From: Micavibrio sp. UBA2400
Lineage (GTDB): Bacteria; Pseudomonadota; Alphaproteobacteria; UBA2400
Assembly: GCA_002343265.1 (NCBI GenBank)
Contig: DDSC01000018.1
Coordinates: forward strand, 124,945-188,944
Length of the DNA stretch: 64,000 nt
Direction: 5' to 3'
This document shows positions 31,248-40,473 of this stretch, piece by piece. The notes below the pieces were generated by a model. That model saw only the letters and a program-made list of their open reading frames with translations. It had not been told where the DNA came from and ran no database searches. The position numbers and the translations under genes were made by a program. The stretch's first letter is position 1. The number at the start of each line of letters is the position of its first letter.

Positions 31248-31763
31248 CTAGCCCTCGTGTTCGCGGACCAACCGGGCCAGTTTGCGCAGGATCATGTCGC
31301 GTTTGACGCGCGAGAGATAGTCGATGAACAGCACACCGTTGAGATGGTCCATTTCATGCTGAATGCAGGTGGAGAGCAGGCCGGTGGCATGCAGCTCCTC
31401 AGTCGTACCCACCGGGGTTTCAAACCGGACCTTGATTTCCGCCGGGCGGGTAACCTCGGCATATTGTTCCGGAATGGAGAGACACCCTTCCTTATACACG
31501 CTCAGCGTATCAGACTTCCAGATGATCTCCGGATTAATCAGGCAGTATGGTTTTTTCTTCTCCCCCTCGCCAGCCACATCCACCACCAGCATGCGCTCGG
31601 TGATACCCACCTGCGGCGCGGCCAAGCCGATGCCCGGTGCGTCATACATGGTTTCCAGCATATCCTCGGCGCGGCGCTTGACGGCTGCATCAATCAACGT
31701 GACAGGCGCGCAGATCTCGCGCAGCACGGGGTCGGGCACAATACGGATATCCAGCAGGGACAT
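31248..31763 (-). CDS. def: Peptide deformylase
   Basis: Motifs GIGLAAPQVG, EGCLS, HEMDHLNG. Confidence 0.9.
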   Translation of the reverse strand: MSLLDIRIVPDPVLREICAPVTLIDAAVKRRAEDMLETMYDAPGIGLAAPQVGITERMLVVDVAGEGEKKKPYCLINPEIIWKSDTLSVYKEGCLSIPEQYAEVTRPAEIKVRFETPVGTTEELHATGLLSTCIQHEMDHLNGVLFIDYLSRVKRDMILRKLARLVREHEG

Positions 31764-31799
31764 GCTTGTAAAATAAGGGTTTTTACGGCAAAAAGCAAA

Positions 31800-32339
31800 C
31801 TAATTTGCTAAACGGGCAAGCAATTCAATGAGTTGGGCCTGTTCCTCGCGCGTCAGCTTGCTGGCAATCGAGCGTTCATGCTCCTTAACGAGCGGGATCA
31901 GGTCGCTCATCAACTCCTCTCCGGCGGGGGTCAGACGCAGGGCATGGGAGCGGCGATCAAACGGCGATGGGTCACGGGTAACCAGCTTGCGTTCCTCAAA
32001 CCGATCGATCAGAGCCACGACAGTGGAGCGGTCAGCGCGGATGGCCTTGCCCAGATCCGACTGGTTCAGCCCTGCATTTTCGTGAATGAGCAGCAGAACA
32101 CCAAACTCGCTCGGGGTAATGCCAAAGTCGGCAACAATGCGCTGGAATCGTTCGAACACCGCCGTCTCGGCACGCCGCAGGTGCGAGCCGATCAGACCCG
32201 GTAACAATCCGTTTTGCAACTTGGCGCGCCGATGCAGATGCGCATCCATACGCGCGGGGGATGTTGTCGAACTGCGACTCATGCTGCCGTCTCCCGTGGT
32301 GCCGGTGTCGTCCGGATCCGGTCTGTACCTACAGAACAA
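31800..32339 (-). CDS. MarR-family transcriptional regulator (true start probably internal)
   Basis: Winged-helix MarR core (LTPSEFGVLLLI...GLNQSDLGKAI..DRSTVVALIDRFEERKLVTR). Confidence 0.7.
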   Translation of the reverse strand: MFCRYRPDPDDTGTTGDGSMSRSSTTSPARMDAHLHRRAKLQNGLLPGLIGSHLRRAETAVFERFQRIVADFGITPSEFGVLLLIHENAGLNQSDLGKAIRADRSTVVALIDRFEERKLVTRDPSPFDRRSHALRLTPAGEELMSDLIPLVKEHERSIASKLTREEQAQLIELLARLAN

Positions 32340-32421
32340 AGCCCGGATGTAGTATTAATCACGACTTTCCCTTACTGACTAGTCCCGTGCCGGTTAAAAA
32401 ATGATGGAGCAAAAACCTACC

Positions 32422-33207
32422 ATGCGAATAGTGACCTGGAACATCAACAGCGTTCGCAAGCGCCTGCCGCTGCTACTGCAAGTGATGCAGGATTTACGGC
32501 CTGATATCGTCTGTTTGCAGGAAATCAAGGGCGAGACGCATGTCTTTCCGAGCGAGGCTTTGCAAAATGCAGGGTACTCCCATCAATTCGTGCGTGGCAT
32601 GAAAGCATACAACGGCGTTGCAATTCTATCGCGGGTGCCCCTGTCCGGACAGACCGCCACCAACTGGGTCGGGCGTGATGATGCGCGCCATATTGCGGCA
32701 CTTTTGCCCGGTGGTATTGAGCTGCATAACTTCTACGTTCCAGCTGGCGGCGATATTCCCGATCGCACCCAGAATGAGAAATTTGCCCATAAGCTTGATT
32801 TTATGGCTGAAATGGCAGTCTGGGCCCCGCGCGGGAAGGATAAGCCGCGTCTGCTGGTCGGTGATCTGAATGTAGCTCCGCTCCCGGAGGACGTGTGGTC
32901 GCATAAACAATTGCTTGATGTTGTCTCGCACACGCCGGTTGAAGTGGAGGCGCTGAGCCGCATACAGGAAGCCGGGGGCTGGACCGACGCTTTACGTCAG
33001 CGCTTTCCCATTCCGGAACGACTTTACTCATGGTGGAGCTATCGCGCTGCTGATTGGGCAGCATCGAATCGCGGCCGCCGGCTCGACCATATCTGGCTAT
33101 CGGCTCCGCTGGCCGGTACCTTGCGCGATGCGGGCATCTACAAGAAAGCACGCGGTTGGGCCGAGGCGTCCGATCATGCCCCTGTGTGGGTTGATCTGGC
33201 TTTATAA
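32422..33207 (+). CDS. xth: Exodeoxyribonuclease III
   Basis: MRIVTWNINSVR..., EEP-family nuclease motifs (CLQE, GDLNVAP, SDHAPV). Confidence 0.8.
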   Translation: MRIVTWNINSVRKRLPLLLQVMQDLRPDIVCLQEIKGETHVFPSEALQNAGYSHQFVRGMKAYNGVAILSRVPLSGQTATNWVGRDDARHIAALLPGGIELHNFYVPAGGDIPDRTQNEKFAHKLDFMAEMAVWAPRGKDKPRLLVGDLNVAPLPEDVWSHKQLLDVVSHTPVEVEALSRIQEAGGWTDALRQRFPIPERLYSWWSYRAADWAASNRGRRLDHIWLSAPLAGTLRDAGIYKKARGWAEASDHAPVWVDLAL

Positions 33208-34394
33208 GCAAGCCAGAGCGGCAGCGCGCAAAGCAACGCCAAAGCCAGAGGATAGACCTCGGGAGCAACAAACCAGCTCACAGTGAAATCATCCTGTGCA
33301 TAGCGGCGCCAAAGAAACAGGTGGCTGGACTCGGGCACAGTCAGCAGTTGCGGTACGCCAGAGAGGGCCATGCCGACGATCAGGGTCCGGCGAAAGGGCT
33401 GTGGGTGTGGTAGGTTTTCGCTCTGCTGCCACAGAATCAGGGCGCTGAGCAACAGGACCGGAAAATAGTAGATCCAGCCCAACGGCGTGAGCAGCAACAT
33501 GAGCGGACAACACAGAGCGATGCCTAGCGAAAAACTTGCAGGGTGTTGTCTTTGCTGGTTCAACCACACCACCGCCACCAGACCAAAAGAGAGAGTCAGG
33601 GGCAACAGAGCGGGCAGAGGCATGCCCCCAGTGTAGCGTTGCACAACACCATACAGAGAGGCGTTCCAATTGAGGCCACCGGCGCTATAAGTTGTGACAA
33701 CATCGAGCCAGTCGCGATGATTTGCAACGCCAAATAGGAGCAGGCCAAGCCCCATTCCAACGGCCCAGACGGCAGCACCATAGATCAAAATGGCCCATCG
33801 TCGCTGCAGCAGCAACCAGACGAAAATCAACCCAACAAAAAGTTTGAGTAACAGGGCAAGGCCCAGCAGAACCCCAGCCCGGCGGACCTGCCCTTGCTCG
33901 GCGGCGTGCCAATACAAAGCCAGCAGCGCGAACAGCAACAGGCCCATCTGGCCGATCTGCAGATTGGCCAGCACCGGATAATAAACACACAGCACGATCA
34001 CAAAACCCGCGCGTGCCGCCGCCTGACGCAGCAGGGTAAAGCCCGCCAGCAGCGCCAGCCCCACCTGCCCAGCACACCAGACATAATAGGCCGTACGAAG
34101 ATCAAGCGGTACCAGCGGTAACGTCAGCAGTGTGAGAACCGGCGGGTTCAGGTTATGCGATAGCGCCAGAGAGTCGGGGAGAAACTGGATACCACCGGGC
34201 ACATCCGGTGCATAATAGAAGGTATGGTACAGCCCCAGCTGGTGGGTAAAGGCCTGGGCGCTGGCCACGAACAACAGAAAATCCGTTCCCTGCGGCACGC
34301 CTTGTGCGGCATTGAACCAGACCCCGGTGCCAAGCCCGAGCAAAGCGCAAAGCGCCAATGGGGCGAGCCAGCGGGCGCTAAGCCAAGGCAACAT
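33174..34394 (-). CDS. Polytopic membrane protein, GT-C-type glycosyltransferase (DUF2029/GT87-like)
   Basis: 406 aa with ~10 TM helices, N-terminal DFLLFVASAQAF...Y motif region reminiscent of DUF2029/PMT_2 enzymes; from memory of the family, moderate confidence. Confidence 0.4.
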   Translation of the reverse strand: MLPWLSARWLAPLALCALLGLGTGVWFNAAQGVPQGTDFLLFVASAQAFTHQLGLYHTFYYAPDVPGGIQFLPDSLALSHNLNPPVLTLLTLPLVPLDLRTAYYVWCAGQVGLALLAGFTLLRQAAARAGFVIVLCVYYPVLANLQIGQMGLLLFALLALYWHAAEQGQVRRAGVLLGLALLLKLFVGLIFVWLLLQRRWAILIYGAAVWAVGMGLGLLLFGVANHRDWLDVVTTYSAGGLNWNASLYGVVQRYTGGMPLPALLPLTLSFGLVAVVWLNQQRQHPASFSLGIALCCPLMLLLTPLGWIYYFPVLLLSALILWQQSENLPHPQPFRRTLIVGMALSGVPQLLTVPESSHLFLWRRYAQDDFTVSWFVAPEVYPLALALLCALPLWLAYKARSTHTGA

Positions 34395-34421
34395 GACACA
34401 ACCGGGGGGCGGAGAGTGGCC

Positions 34422-34440
34422 AGATGGTGGGCACGACAGG
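34422..34440. repeat. 19-nt direct copy of the tRNA-Val 3' end (GATGGTGGGCACGACAGGG), 45 bp from the tRNA
   Basis: Exact match to 34486..34504, which covers CCA, the acceptor 3' strand and part of the T-arm. Confidence 0.6.
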
Positions 34441-34487
34441 GCCTTCCGGGGCAGCCGGATAGACCAAGACTTGTTTAAGGGGCGGGA

Positions 34488-34562
34488 TGGTGGGCACGAC
34501 AGGGATCGAACCTGTGACCACTACGATGTCAACGTAGTGCTCTACCGCTGAGCTACGTGCCC
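34488..34562 (-). tRNA. tRNA-Val (anticodon GAC), CCA encoded
   Basis: Minus strand reads GGGCACGTAGCTCAGCGGTAGAGCACTACGTTGACATCGTAGTGGTCACAGGTTCGATCCCTGTCGTGCCCACCA: cloverleaf with D-loop AGCTCAGCGGTAGAGC, anticodon loop TTGACAT, T-loop GGTTCGATCC. Confidence 0.8.
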
Positions 34563-34624
34563 ATCCGTGCGGGTGGCGATGGTTTAGCACTTTCTACCCG
34601 GCGCTGGCAACAGTCTTGAACGCC

Positions 34625-35230
34625 TCATTTTTTGGGCCTTTCCGGCACCGGACCGGCCAGATGCGGGGCGTATTTGGCCACCACCGGCCCGTCGGCCCGG
34701 AAGGTGTGGCAGGTATTGAGCAGCGGGAATGGCGATGTCTCGCCATCCTGACCTTGGGTTTGACCTTGGGGTTTCCGGCGGGCGCGCTCCTCGCGGCTCT
34801 TGAAAGGTATGACCGTCTGAAAAGCAGTGGTGGCGATTGGCCCCAGCAACTCGGACAGATGCGTGCACCCGTGAACGCCACCCAGACGCTCCTTGAGGGC
34901 GCGGGTCCAGCCGGGGCCGATGCGCAGACCCACCACCTGCTGATAGGCAGCCGCAATACCGGGACAGGTCGCGGGGTACGGGGCCGTATCGGTGACCGCC
35001 TCAATGGCATGGACTAGCAGCGTGTCATCCACAGTCAGGCGGATCCACATGTCATGCACGGGCGTTCCCGCCGCAACCGTGCCGCGCTCGCTGCTGTCAT
35101 AGCTGTAGCGTTTGCGATCCGTAATCCGGCCTTCGATATCCCAGAGCCCATCGACCCGGCGATAGCCGTGGCACTCGACCTGCCGGGTGTGAATGGGCTC
35201 GCGCGCGGTACTGGCGGGGGAAAGTGGCAT
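34625..35230 (-). CDS. Conserved hypothetical protein (DUF2889-like)
   Basis: 201 aa complete ORF; no catalytic motif recognised. Confidence 0.3.
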   Translation of the reverse strand: MPLSPASTAREPIHTRQVECHGYRRVDGLWDIEGRITDRKRYSYDSSERGTVAAGTPVHDMWIRLTVDDTLLVHAIEAVTDTAPYPATCPGIAAAYQQVVGLRIGPGWTRALKERLGGVHGCTHLSELLGPIATTAFQTVIPFKSREERARRKPQGQTQGQDGETSPFPLLNTCHTFRADGPVVAKYAPHLAGPVPERPKK

Positions 35231-35232
35231 GA

Positions 35233-36540
35233 TCAGGACGCCACCGGCGGCGCGGCAGGGGGGGGCGCCGTATCCTGTCCCGGCGGCCAGATACGCAGCT
35301 GGGTGATCTGGTTGCGCTGACGACGCAGGATTTCAAAGCGAAAGCCGTGAAACTCGAAGGTCTGCCCCACTTCCGGTACCCGCCGCGCTTCGTGCAACAC
35401 AATGCCGGCAACGGTGGCCGGGCCATCTTCCGGCAGGTTCCACTCATACTGGCGATTAAGCTCACGCACTGTGACCGCGCCTTCGACCAGATAGGACCCG
35501 CCCGGCTGACGGATGACACCGGGCATGCCGTCGTCATTTTCATCGCTGATGTCGCCGACGATTTCTTCCAGAATGTCCTCCAGCGTGACGATACCCTGCA
35601 AGACACCATATTCATCGACCACCAGCGCGAAGTGTTCGCGCCGGGCGCGAAAGGCCTGTAATTGCTCAAGCAGATTGGTGGACTCCGGAATGAACCAAGG
35701 CCGGGTGGCAATACGGGCAATATCCAGCTTGCCCACATCGCCGCCCACACGCTGGATCTCGCGCAGCAGCGCCTTGGCATGCAGCACGCCAATAATGTTC
35801 TCGGGGTTATCCTTCCAGAGCGGGATGCGAGTATGCCCGATCTTGAGGGCCTCATCGACGATCTGCGCTGCGGTCAGCCCGGCGTTGATGGTGTCGATCT
35901 GGCGGCGATGGGTCATGATGCCCTTGACCTCGACATTGCTCAGATCGAGAATGGAGCGGAGCATGGCGCGCTCCTGCGCCACATCGTCATCCGGACCACG
36001 GTGCAGATCAATCGCGCCCTTGAGCTCTTCAACATTATCGCTCATGGTCACATCATTGGGATTAGCCCCGAGCAACCGCATGATACCGCGCACCATATGC
36101 ACGATGGCCCAGGTAGCCGGAGTCAGCAGCCAGACCATGAAGCGCATGAAGGGGGCGATACGCACAGCGGTTTCGGTGGCGTGATGAATGGCATAGGTTT
36201 TGGGCAGGACTTCCGAGAAGATCAGCAACGAAATGGTCATGAACAGCGTCGCCACCAGCGCGCCGGTTTCGGCATCACCAAACACCTCAGCCAGCAGCAG
36301 ACCCGAAACGGTGGCCGCCGCCGTATTCACAAAGTTGTTGCCCACCAGTATGGTACCAAGGGTGCGGTCTTTATGTTCACGCAGGTCATAGGCCAGTTTG
36401 GCCCGCTTGTTACCCTCTTGCGTCAGGGTGTGCAGGCGGGCGCGCGAAGCGGTGGTCAGTGCGGTTTCCGAGCCGGAATAGAAAGCCGAGAAACATTGCA
36501 GAACAAAAATGATAAAGCCATAGAGCAGAACCGTTTCCAT
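35233..36540 (-). CDS. HlyC/CorC (CNNM) family transporter: DUF21 membrane domain + CBS pair + CorC_HlyC domain
   Basis: 435 aa; N-terminal 4-TM DUF21, tandem CBS, C-terminal transporter-associated domain. Confidence 0.8.
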   Translation of the reverse strand: METVLLYGFIIFVLQCFSAFYSGSETALTTASRARLHTLTQEGNKRAKLAYDLREHKDRTLGTILVGNNFVNTAAATVSGLLLAEVFGDAETGALVATLFMTISLLIFSEVLPKTYAIHHATETAVRIAPFMRFMVWLLTPATWAIVHMVRGIMRLLGANPNDVTMSDNVEELKGAIDLHRGPDDDVAQERAMLRSILDLSNVEVKGIMTHRRQIDTINAGLTAAQIVDEALKIGHTRIPLWKDNPENIIGVLHAKALLREIQRVGGDVGKLDIARIATRPWFIPESTNLLEQLQAFRARREHFALVVDEYGVLQGIVTLEDILEEIVGDISDENDDGMPGVIRQPGGSYLVEGAVTVRELNRQYEWNLPEDGPATVAGIVLHEARRVPEVGQTFEFHGFRFEILRRQRNQITQLRIWPPGQDTAPPPAAPPVAS

Positions 36541-36816
36541 AAAATACTCCCGATCGCCGGGGCCGGGCTGGATTAGCCCCCCTGCAAGAAATTAACCGTA
36601 ACCACAAAATAGCAATGGTCAGGCGCTGCGCCAATCGCTATTAACAGGATATGCGTCGTCGTCACCGTTCTTATTCCGATGAGGGCAGCGGCCTGCTGGG
36701 TCGTCTGTTCAAGCTCTTTCTGGTTTTGGCCGTGCTGGTCGGCGCGGGGGGGGCCACCTGGCTGGTGCTGACCCCGCTGGATGCCCCCATGCATGAAGTA
36801 ACGCGTCCCCTGCCCA

Positions 36817-37791
36817 GTGACCGCCTTAGCGCCCACTAAACCACGCGGCCGTCCGCGTACCGCTCCGGCGGTGGTGCCGGGGGATATTGCTGTGTTTCTC
36901 GAAATGTTGGCCGCTGAGCGCGGCTTGGCCAAAGCCAGTCTTGACGCCTATCGGCGTGACCTGCTGGACTTGAGCGCGTTTCTGGCCAAGCGGCGCTGCA
37001 CTCCGGCCGCAGCCACCCGCGCGGATCTGGCCGCCTACCTCACCGACCAGCACAAGCGCGGCATGGATGCCGGTACACAGGCCCGGCGGCTGTCCTGTTT
37101 ACGCCAGTTCTACAAATTCCGTCTGTCACAAGGGGCTACGGATGACCCTACTTCGCTGCTTGATGCGCCGCGCCGAACGCGCCGTTTGCCGGGGGTACTA
37201 ACCGAGGCTGAGGTGCTAGCTTTACTGCAGGCAGCGCGCGGAGAGGATCCGGAGCATCACCGGATGACTCTTTTGCTGGAGTTGTTGTATGCCACCGGCT
37301 TACGCGTCAGTGAGCTGGTGAACCTGCCCCTGGAGGCGATTGAGCGAAAGGGCGCATGGGTACGCGTACGCGGCAAAGGTGGCAAGGAGCGCATTGTGCC
37401 GCTGACCGATCCGGCCCGGCAGGCATTAGCGGCTTATCTGGATATCCGCCCAGTCTTTCTGGGGCAAAGCCCCAAGCCCGCCGCGCTCAAGCTGCTGTTC
37501 CCCTCACAGGGGCGCGGGGCGCTGACCCGGCAGCGCTTTGGCCAGATGCTGAAAACCATCGCCCTATCAGCGGGTATTCTGCCCAGTAAGGTCAGCCCAC
37601 ACCAGCTGCGCCATGCCTTTGCCACCCACCTGCTCAGCCATGGGGCCGATTTACGCAGCGTGCAAACCTTGCTCGGGCATAGCGATATTGCCACCACTCA
37701 GATTTATACCCACGTGCTGCCTGAGCGGTTGCAGGTCGCCGTGGCCCGCCATCCGTTAGCGAAAAAGCAACACTTACCATCTAAAGCTTGA
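36817..37791 (+). CDS. xerD: Site-specific tyrosine recombinase XerD
   Basis: Catalytic R..H..R..Y region HQLRHAFATHLLSHGADLRSVQTLLGHSDIATTQIYTHV; XerD-like N-terminal core-binding domain. Confidence 0.8.
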   Translation: MTALAPTKPRGRPRTAPAVVPGDIAVFLEMLAAERGLAKASLDAYRRDLLDLSAFLAKRRCTPAAATRADLAAYLTDQHKRGMDAGTQARRLSCLRQFYKFRLSQGATDDPTSLLDAPRRTRRLPGVLTEAEVLALLQAARGEDPEHHRMTLLLELLYATGLRVSELVNLPLEAIERKGAWVRVRGKGGKERIVPLTDPARQALAAYLDIRPVFLGQSPKPAALKLLFPSQGRGALTRQRFGQMLKTIALSAGILPSKVSPHQLRHAFATHLLSHGADLRSVQTLLGHSDIATTQIYTHVLPERLQVAVARHPLAKKQHLPSKA

Positions 37792-37812
37792 GCACAACCT
37801 CCGGAGGCCCCC

Positions 37813-38133
37813 ATGATCCTCACGACCCTAGAAACGGTTCCCGGCTATGTGACGAGCGCCCATCTGGGAATTGTGAATGGCTCAACCGTGCGCTCCAAGC
37901 ATTTCGGCCGCGATTTTATGGCCGGGCTGAAGAACATCGTCGGCGGTGAGCTCAAAGGCTATACCGAGCTGCTCAATGAATCGCGGCAGGAGGCCATTGA
38001 GCGCCTGAAGCAGCAGGCCGAGGCGATCGGTGCTGATGCGGTGCTGAATATCCGCTTCGCCACATCCTCGATTGCGGCCGGCGCGGCAGAAGTGTTTGCC
38101 TATGGCACCGCGGTCAAGCTGAACCGGGCCTAA
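37813..38133 (+). CDS. YbjQ / UPF0145 (DUF74) family protein
   Basis: 106 aa; typical YbjQ sequence (MILTT.E...Y..S..LGIV.G..V...H.GRD..AGLKNIVGGEL..Y). Confidence 0.7.
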   Translation: MILTTLETVPGYVTSAHLGIVNGSTVRSKHFGRDFMAGLKNIVGGELKGYTELLNESRQEAIERLKQQAEAIGADAVLNIRFATSSIAAGAAEVFAYGTAVKLNRA

Positions 38134-38136
38134 ACC

Positions 38137-38601
38137 ATGATTGGCTATCTCTGGCTGCTCCTCCCCGTTATCGTCGGCTTTATTGTCGGCACCTATCTGG
38201 AGCACCAGCATTTTGCCTCCATCCGCGCGCGTGAAGCCGCCTTGCAGAACCGGGTTTTTACCTATACGGGGCGAGTAATACCCGCGGATATCGCGCCGGG
38301 CGAGCTGCGCCTGCTGGCGGGGAGCACGGTTGTCTCCGTCGATGCATTCAAGCGGTTGGCCGCCAAGCTGCACTCATTTTTTGGCGGACGGATGACAGCG
38401 TATGAAAGCCTGCTGGAGCGGGCCCGCCGTGAAGCCGTACTGCGTCTGCGCGAAAAAGCCGACAGTTTGGGAGCTACCCTGATCTTTGGCGTCCGGATCG
38501 AGACAGCGGCAATTAATGACGGTGATCCGCGCCTGAGCACTGGACTTGAGCTGATTGCCTATGGCACCGCGCTCATTCCCCATGGTCGCCCGCTGTCATG
38601 A
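38137..38601 (+). CDS. YbjQ-like (DUF74) protein with an N-terminal transmembrane helix
   Basis: DUF74-like C-terminal domain (FFGGRMTAYESLLERARREA...) after one TM segment. Confidence 0.5.
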   Translation: MIGYLWLLLPVIVGFIVGTYLEHQHFASIRAREAALQNRVFTYTGRVIPADIAPGELRLLAGSTVVSVDAFKRLAAKLHSFFGGRMTAYESLLERARREAVLRLREKADSLGATLIFGVRIETAAINDGDPRLSTGLELIAYGTALIPHGRPLS

Positions 38602-39440
38602 GCCGGTTTGAAAACCGCCTGCCGCCCGAGAACATTAACGTCAGTAAAAACAACCTGTTGCTGGAATTTGTGTGGTTGCTGGCTGGGGTCGCGTTATCGG
38701 TGATCGCACTGGTGGGGGTGGTGTATGTCGCGGGCAGTCTGCTGGCCCGACATATCCCGCTGTCGTGGGAAAACCGCATCGCCGACGCTCTGTATCCGCG
38801 CGCGATGCCCGAGGATGCCCGGTCCCTCACACTGCAAAAGCTGGCTGACCGGCTGGCCAAAGGGCTAATCTTGCCTCAGGAGATGCGTTTTCGCCTGACG
38901 TATGTTGATGATAATGAGGTCAATGCCTATGCTAGTTTAGGTGGACACATCCATATTCATCGCGGCCTCATCACCCGACTTAACAGCGAGAATGCACTGG
39001 CCATGGTGATTGCCCATGAAATGGCGCATGTTCTGCATCGTGATGTAGCCGACAGCATGGGCGGCAGTATGGCGGTGGGCGCGGCCATGCTGCTGCTCAG
39101 CCCGGTCATTGGGGTGGATGGGCTGAACAGCCTGGTTGGCTTTGTGCAGGACCTGACCCTTAAGAGCTTTTCACGCGAGGCGGAGGCGCGGGCCGATGAT
39201 ACGGCCATCGCCCTCGTGGGGCGCCACTATGGTCATTTGGGTGGCGCACGCGAGGTGTTTGACGAGCTGGCCGCTTACGAGAAGGAAGCAGTCCTGCTGG
39301 CAACGCCCGAACTTCTCAGTACACATCCCGATACCCTGCGCCGCACCAACTTACTGATTGAACTAGGAAAAACGCTAAACCTGCCGCTGGAGGGCAGACT
39401 GCGCCCGCTGCCCACGGACTTGATTAAGGCAGAAAAGTAA
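38598..39440 (+). CDS. M48-family zinc metallopeptidase (HtpX/Ste24-like)
   Basis: HExxH motif VIAHEMAHVLHRD, two N-terminal TM helices, downstream Glu ligand region. Confidence 0.7.
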   Translation: MSRFENRLPPENINVSKNNLLLEFVWLLAGVALSVIALVGVVYVAGSLLARHIPLSWENRIADALYPRAMPEDARSLTLQKLADRLAKGLILPQEMRFRLTYVDDNEVNAYASLGGHIHIHRGLITRLNSENALAMVIAHEMAHVLHRDVADSMGGSMAVGAAMLLLSPVIGVDGLNSLVGFVQDLTLKSFSREAEARADDTAIALVGRHYGHLGGAREVFDELAAYEKEAVLLATPELLSTHPDTLRRTNLLIELGKTLNLPLEGRLRPLPTDLIKAEK

Positions 39441-39442
39441 TT

Positions 39443-40408
39443 CTAGAACGGTTTCAGAAAATAAGGCGCCTGCCTAAACACTTTCTGGAAAACGGGTCGC
39501 TGTTTGGCTTCGTGAGCCGCGCCGAATACAACCATGACACGGTCACGCTGTTGCAACTCGTTAAAGATGTTCTGCACAATTGCCGGCTCACGGACGAGGC
39601 CATAGACGGTACCTAATCGTTGAAAGTAGTTTGCGTTCGAATTGTCTGGCGGCTCGGTGCTGAGATGGCAAAGAGCGTCAAGGGTCATCGGATGACCGGC
39701 TTTTGCTTTGTACCAGTCGACCAACTGGGCGAAGCTGGGCGCCTCCATCCCATAGCGGCGCGCGAAGCCATTAAGTAGGCGATGGCCTTCGCGTTCGATA
39801 GCGTCCGTGTGGGGACTTAAACGACGTTGCCGGGCTTCCTGTTGCAAATATAGTGTTACGTCAAAACAAACGGCATCCAGTGCGCTATAGCCCCTTCTTT
39901 GTAACTCCCGCAGAGTATCGAGCTCCGACGGCTCACCTGAGCTAAAGGGGATACCACTCTTGTGGGCCAGATAGGCGGCAAAGGCAGACTCGGCGCTGTC
40001 CTTGAAGTTATTCTGAGCATCCGAGATGGCTTTTTCTAGAAAATCGGGTTGCGAATATTGGCCGCGCTGGGCAATACCCTCAAGCACAACCAAATCCGGT
40101 CGTGTGTTTATGTCAGCAAACAGGCCTTTGATGGTTTGACAGGTCGCGCTGGATGGTGGATGCGAGGTCGGGTCGTCAGCTCTGGGATGGCGGGCCGCGA
40201 CATACAGGAGCTGCTTGGGACCATCAGAAAATACGGCAACATACGGCTGCTGGAACGGCATAGAGGCCGCTGTCTCCGGCGACCAAGACCGCAGGAGTGA
40301 CATGTCGGGCTGGGCCAGTTCATTCCAGATCTTGCGCATTGAGAAAAGTCTAACATTAGACAAACCGTAAATGCAAAATAATCCCAACAATATTAACCAG
40401 TTAATCAA
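39443..40408 (-). CDS. Hypothetical protein, TraB/GumN-like; lower GC than surroundings
   Basis: N-terminal hydrophobic segment; LLYVAARHP and VMVVFGAAHE blocks resemble TraB/GumN signature regions. Confidence 0.35.
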   Translation of the reverse strand: MINWLILLGLFCIYGLSNVRLFSMRKIWNELAQPDMSLLRSWSPETAASMPFQQPYVAVFSDGPKQLLYVAARHPRADDPTSHPPSSATCQTIKGLFADINTRPDLVVLEGIAQRGQYSQPDFLEKAISDAQNNFKDSAESAFAAYLAHKSGIPFSSGEPSELDTLRELQRRGYSALDAVCFDVTLYLQQEARQRRLSPHTDAIEREGHRLLNGFARRYGMEAPSFAQLVDWYKAKAGHPMTLDALCHLSTEPPDNSNANYFQRLGTVYGLVREPAIVQNIFNELQQRDRVMVVFGAAHEAKQRPVFQKVFRQAPYFLKPF

Positions 40409-40473
40409 GGTGAAACGAACTTTATCCGGCTATCGGCTTGCCGAAAAAGTGTAAATAGGCCATATAAGCCCTC

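Noticed and set aside
35662-36576. 304-aa plus-strand ORF opposite corC
   Set aside because: Antisense of a well-conserved CNNM/CorC gene.
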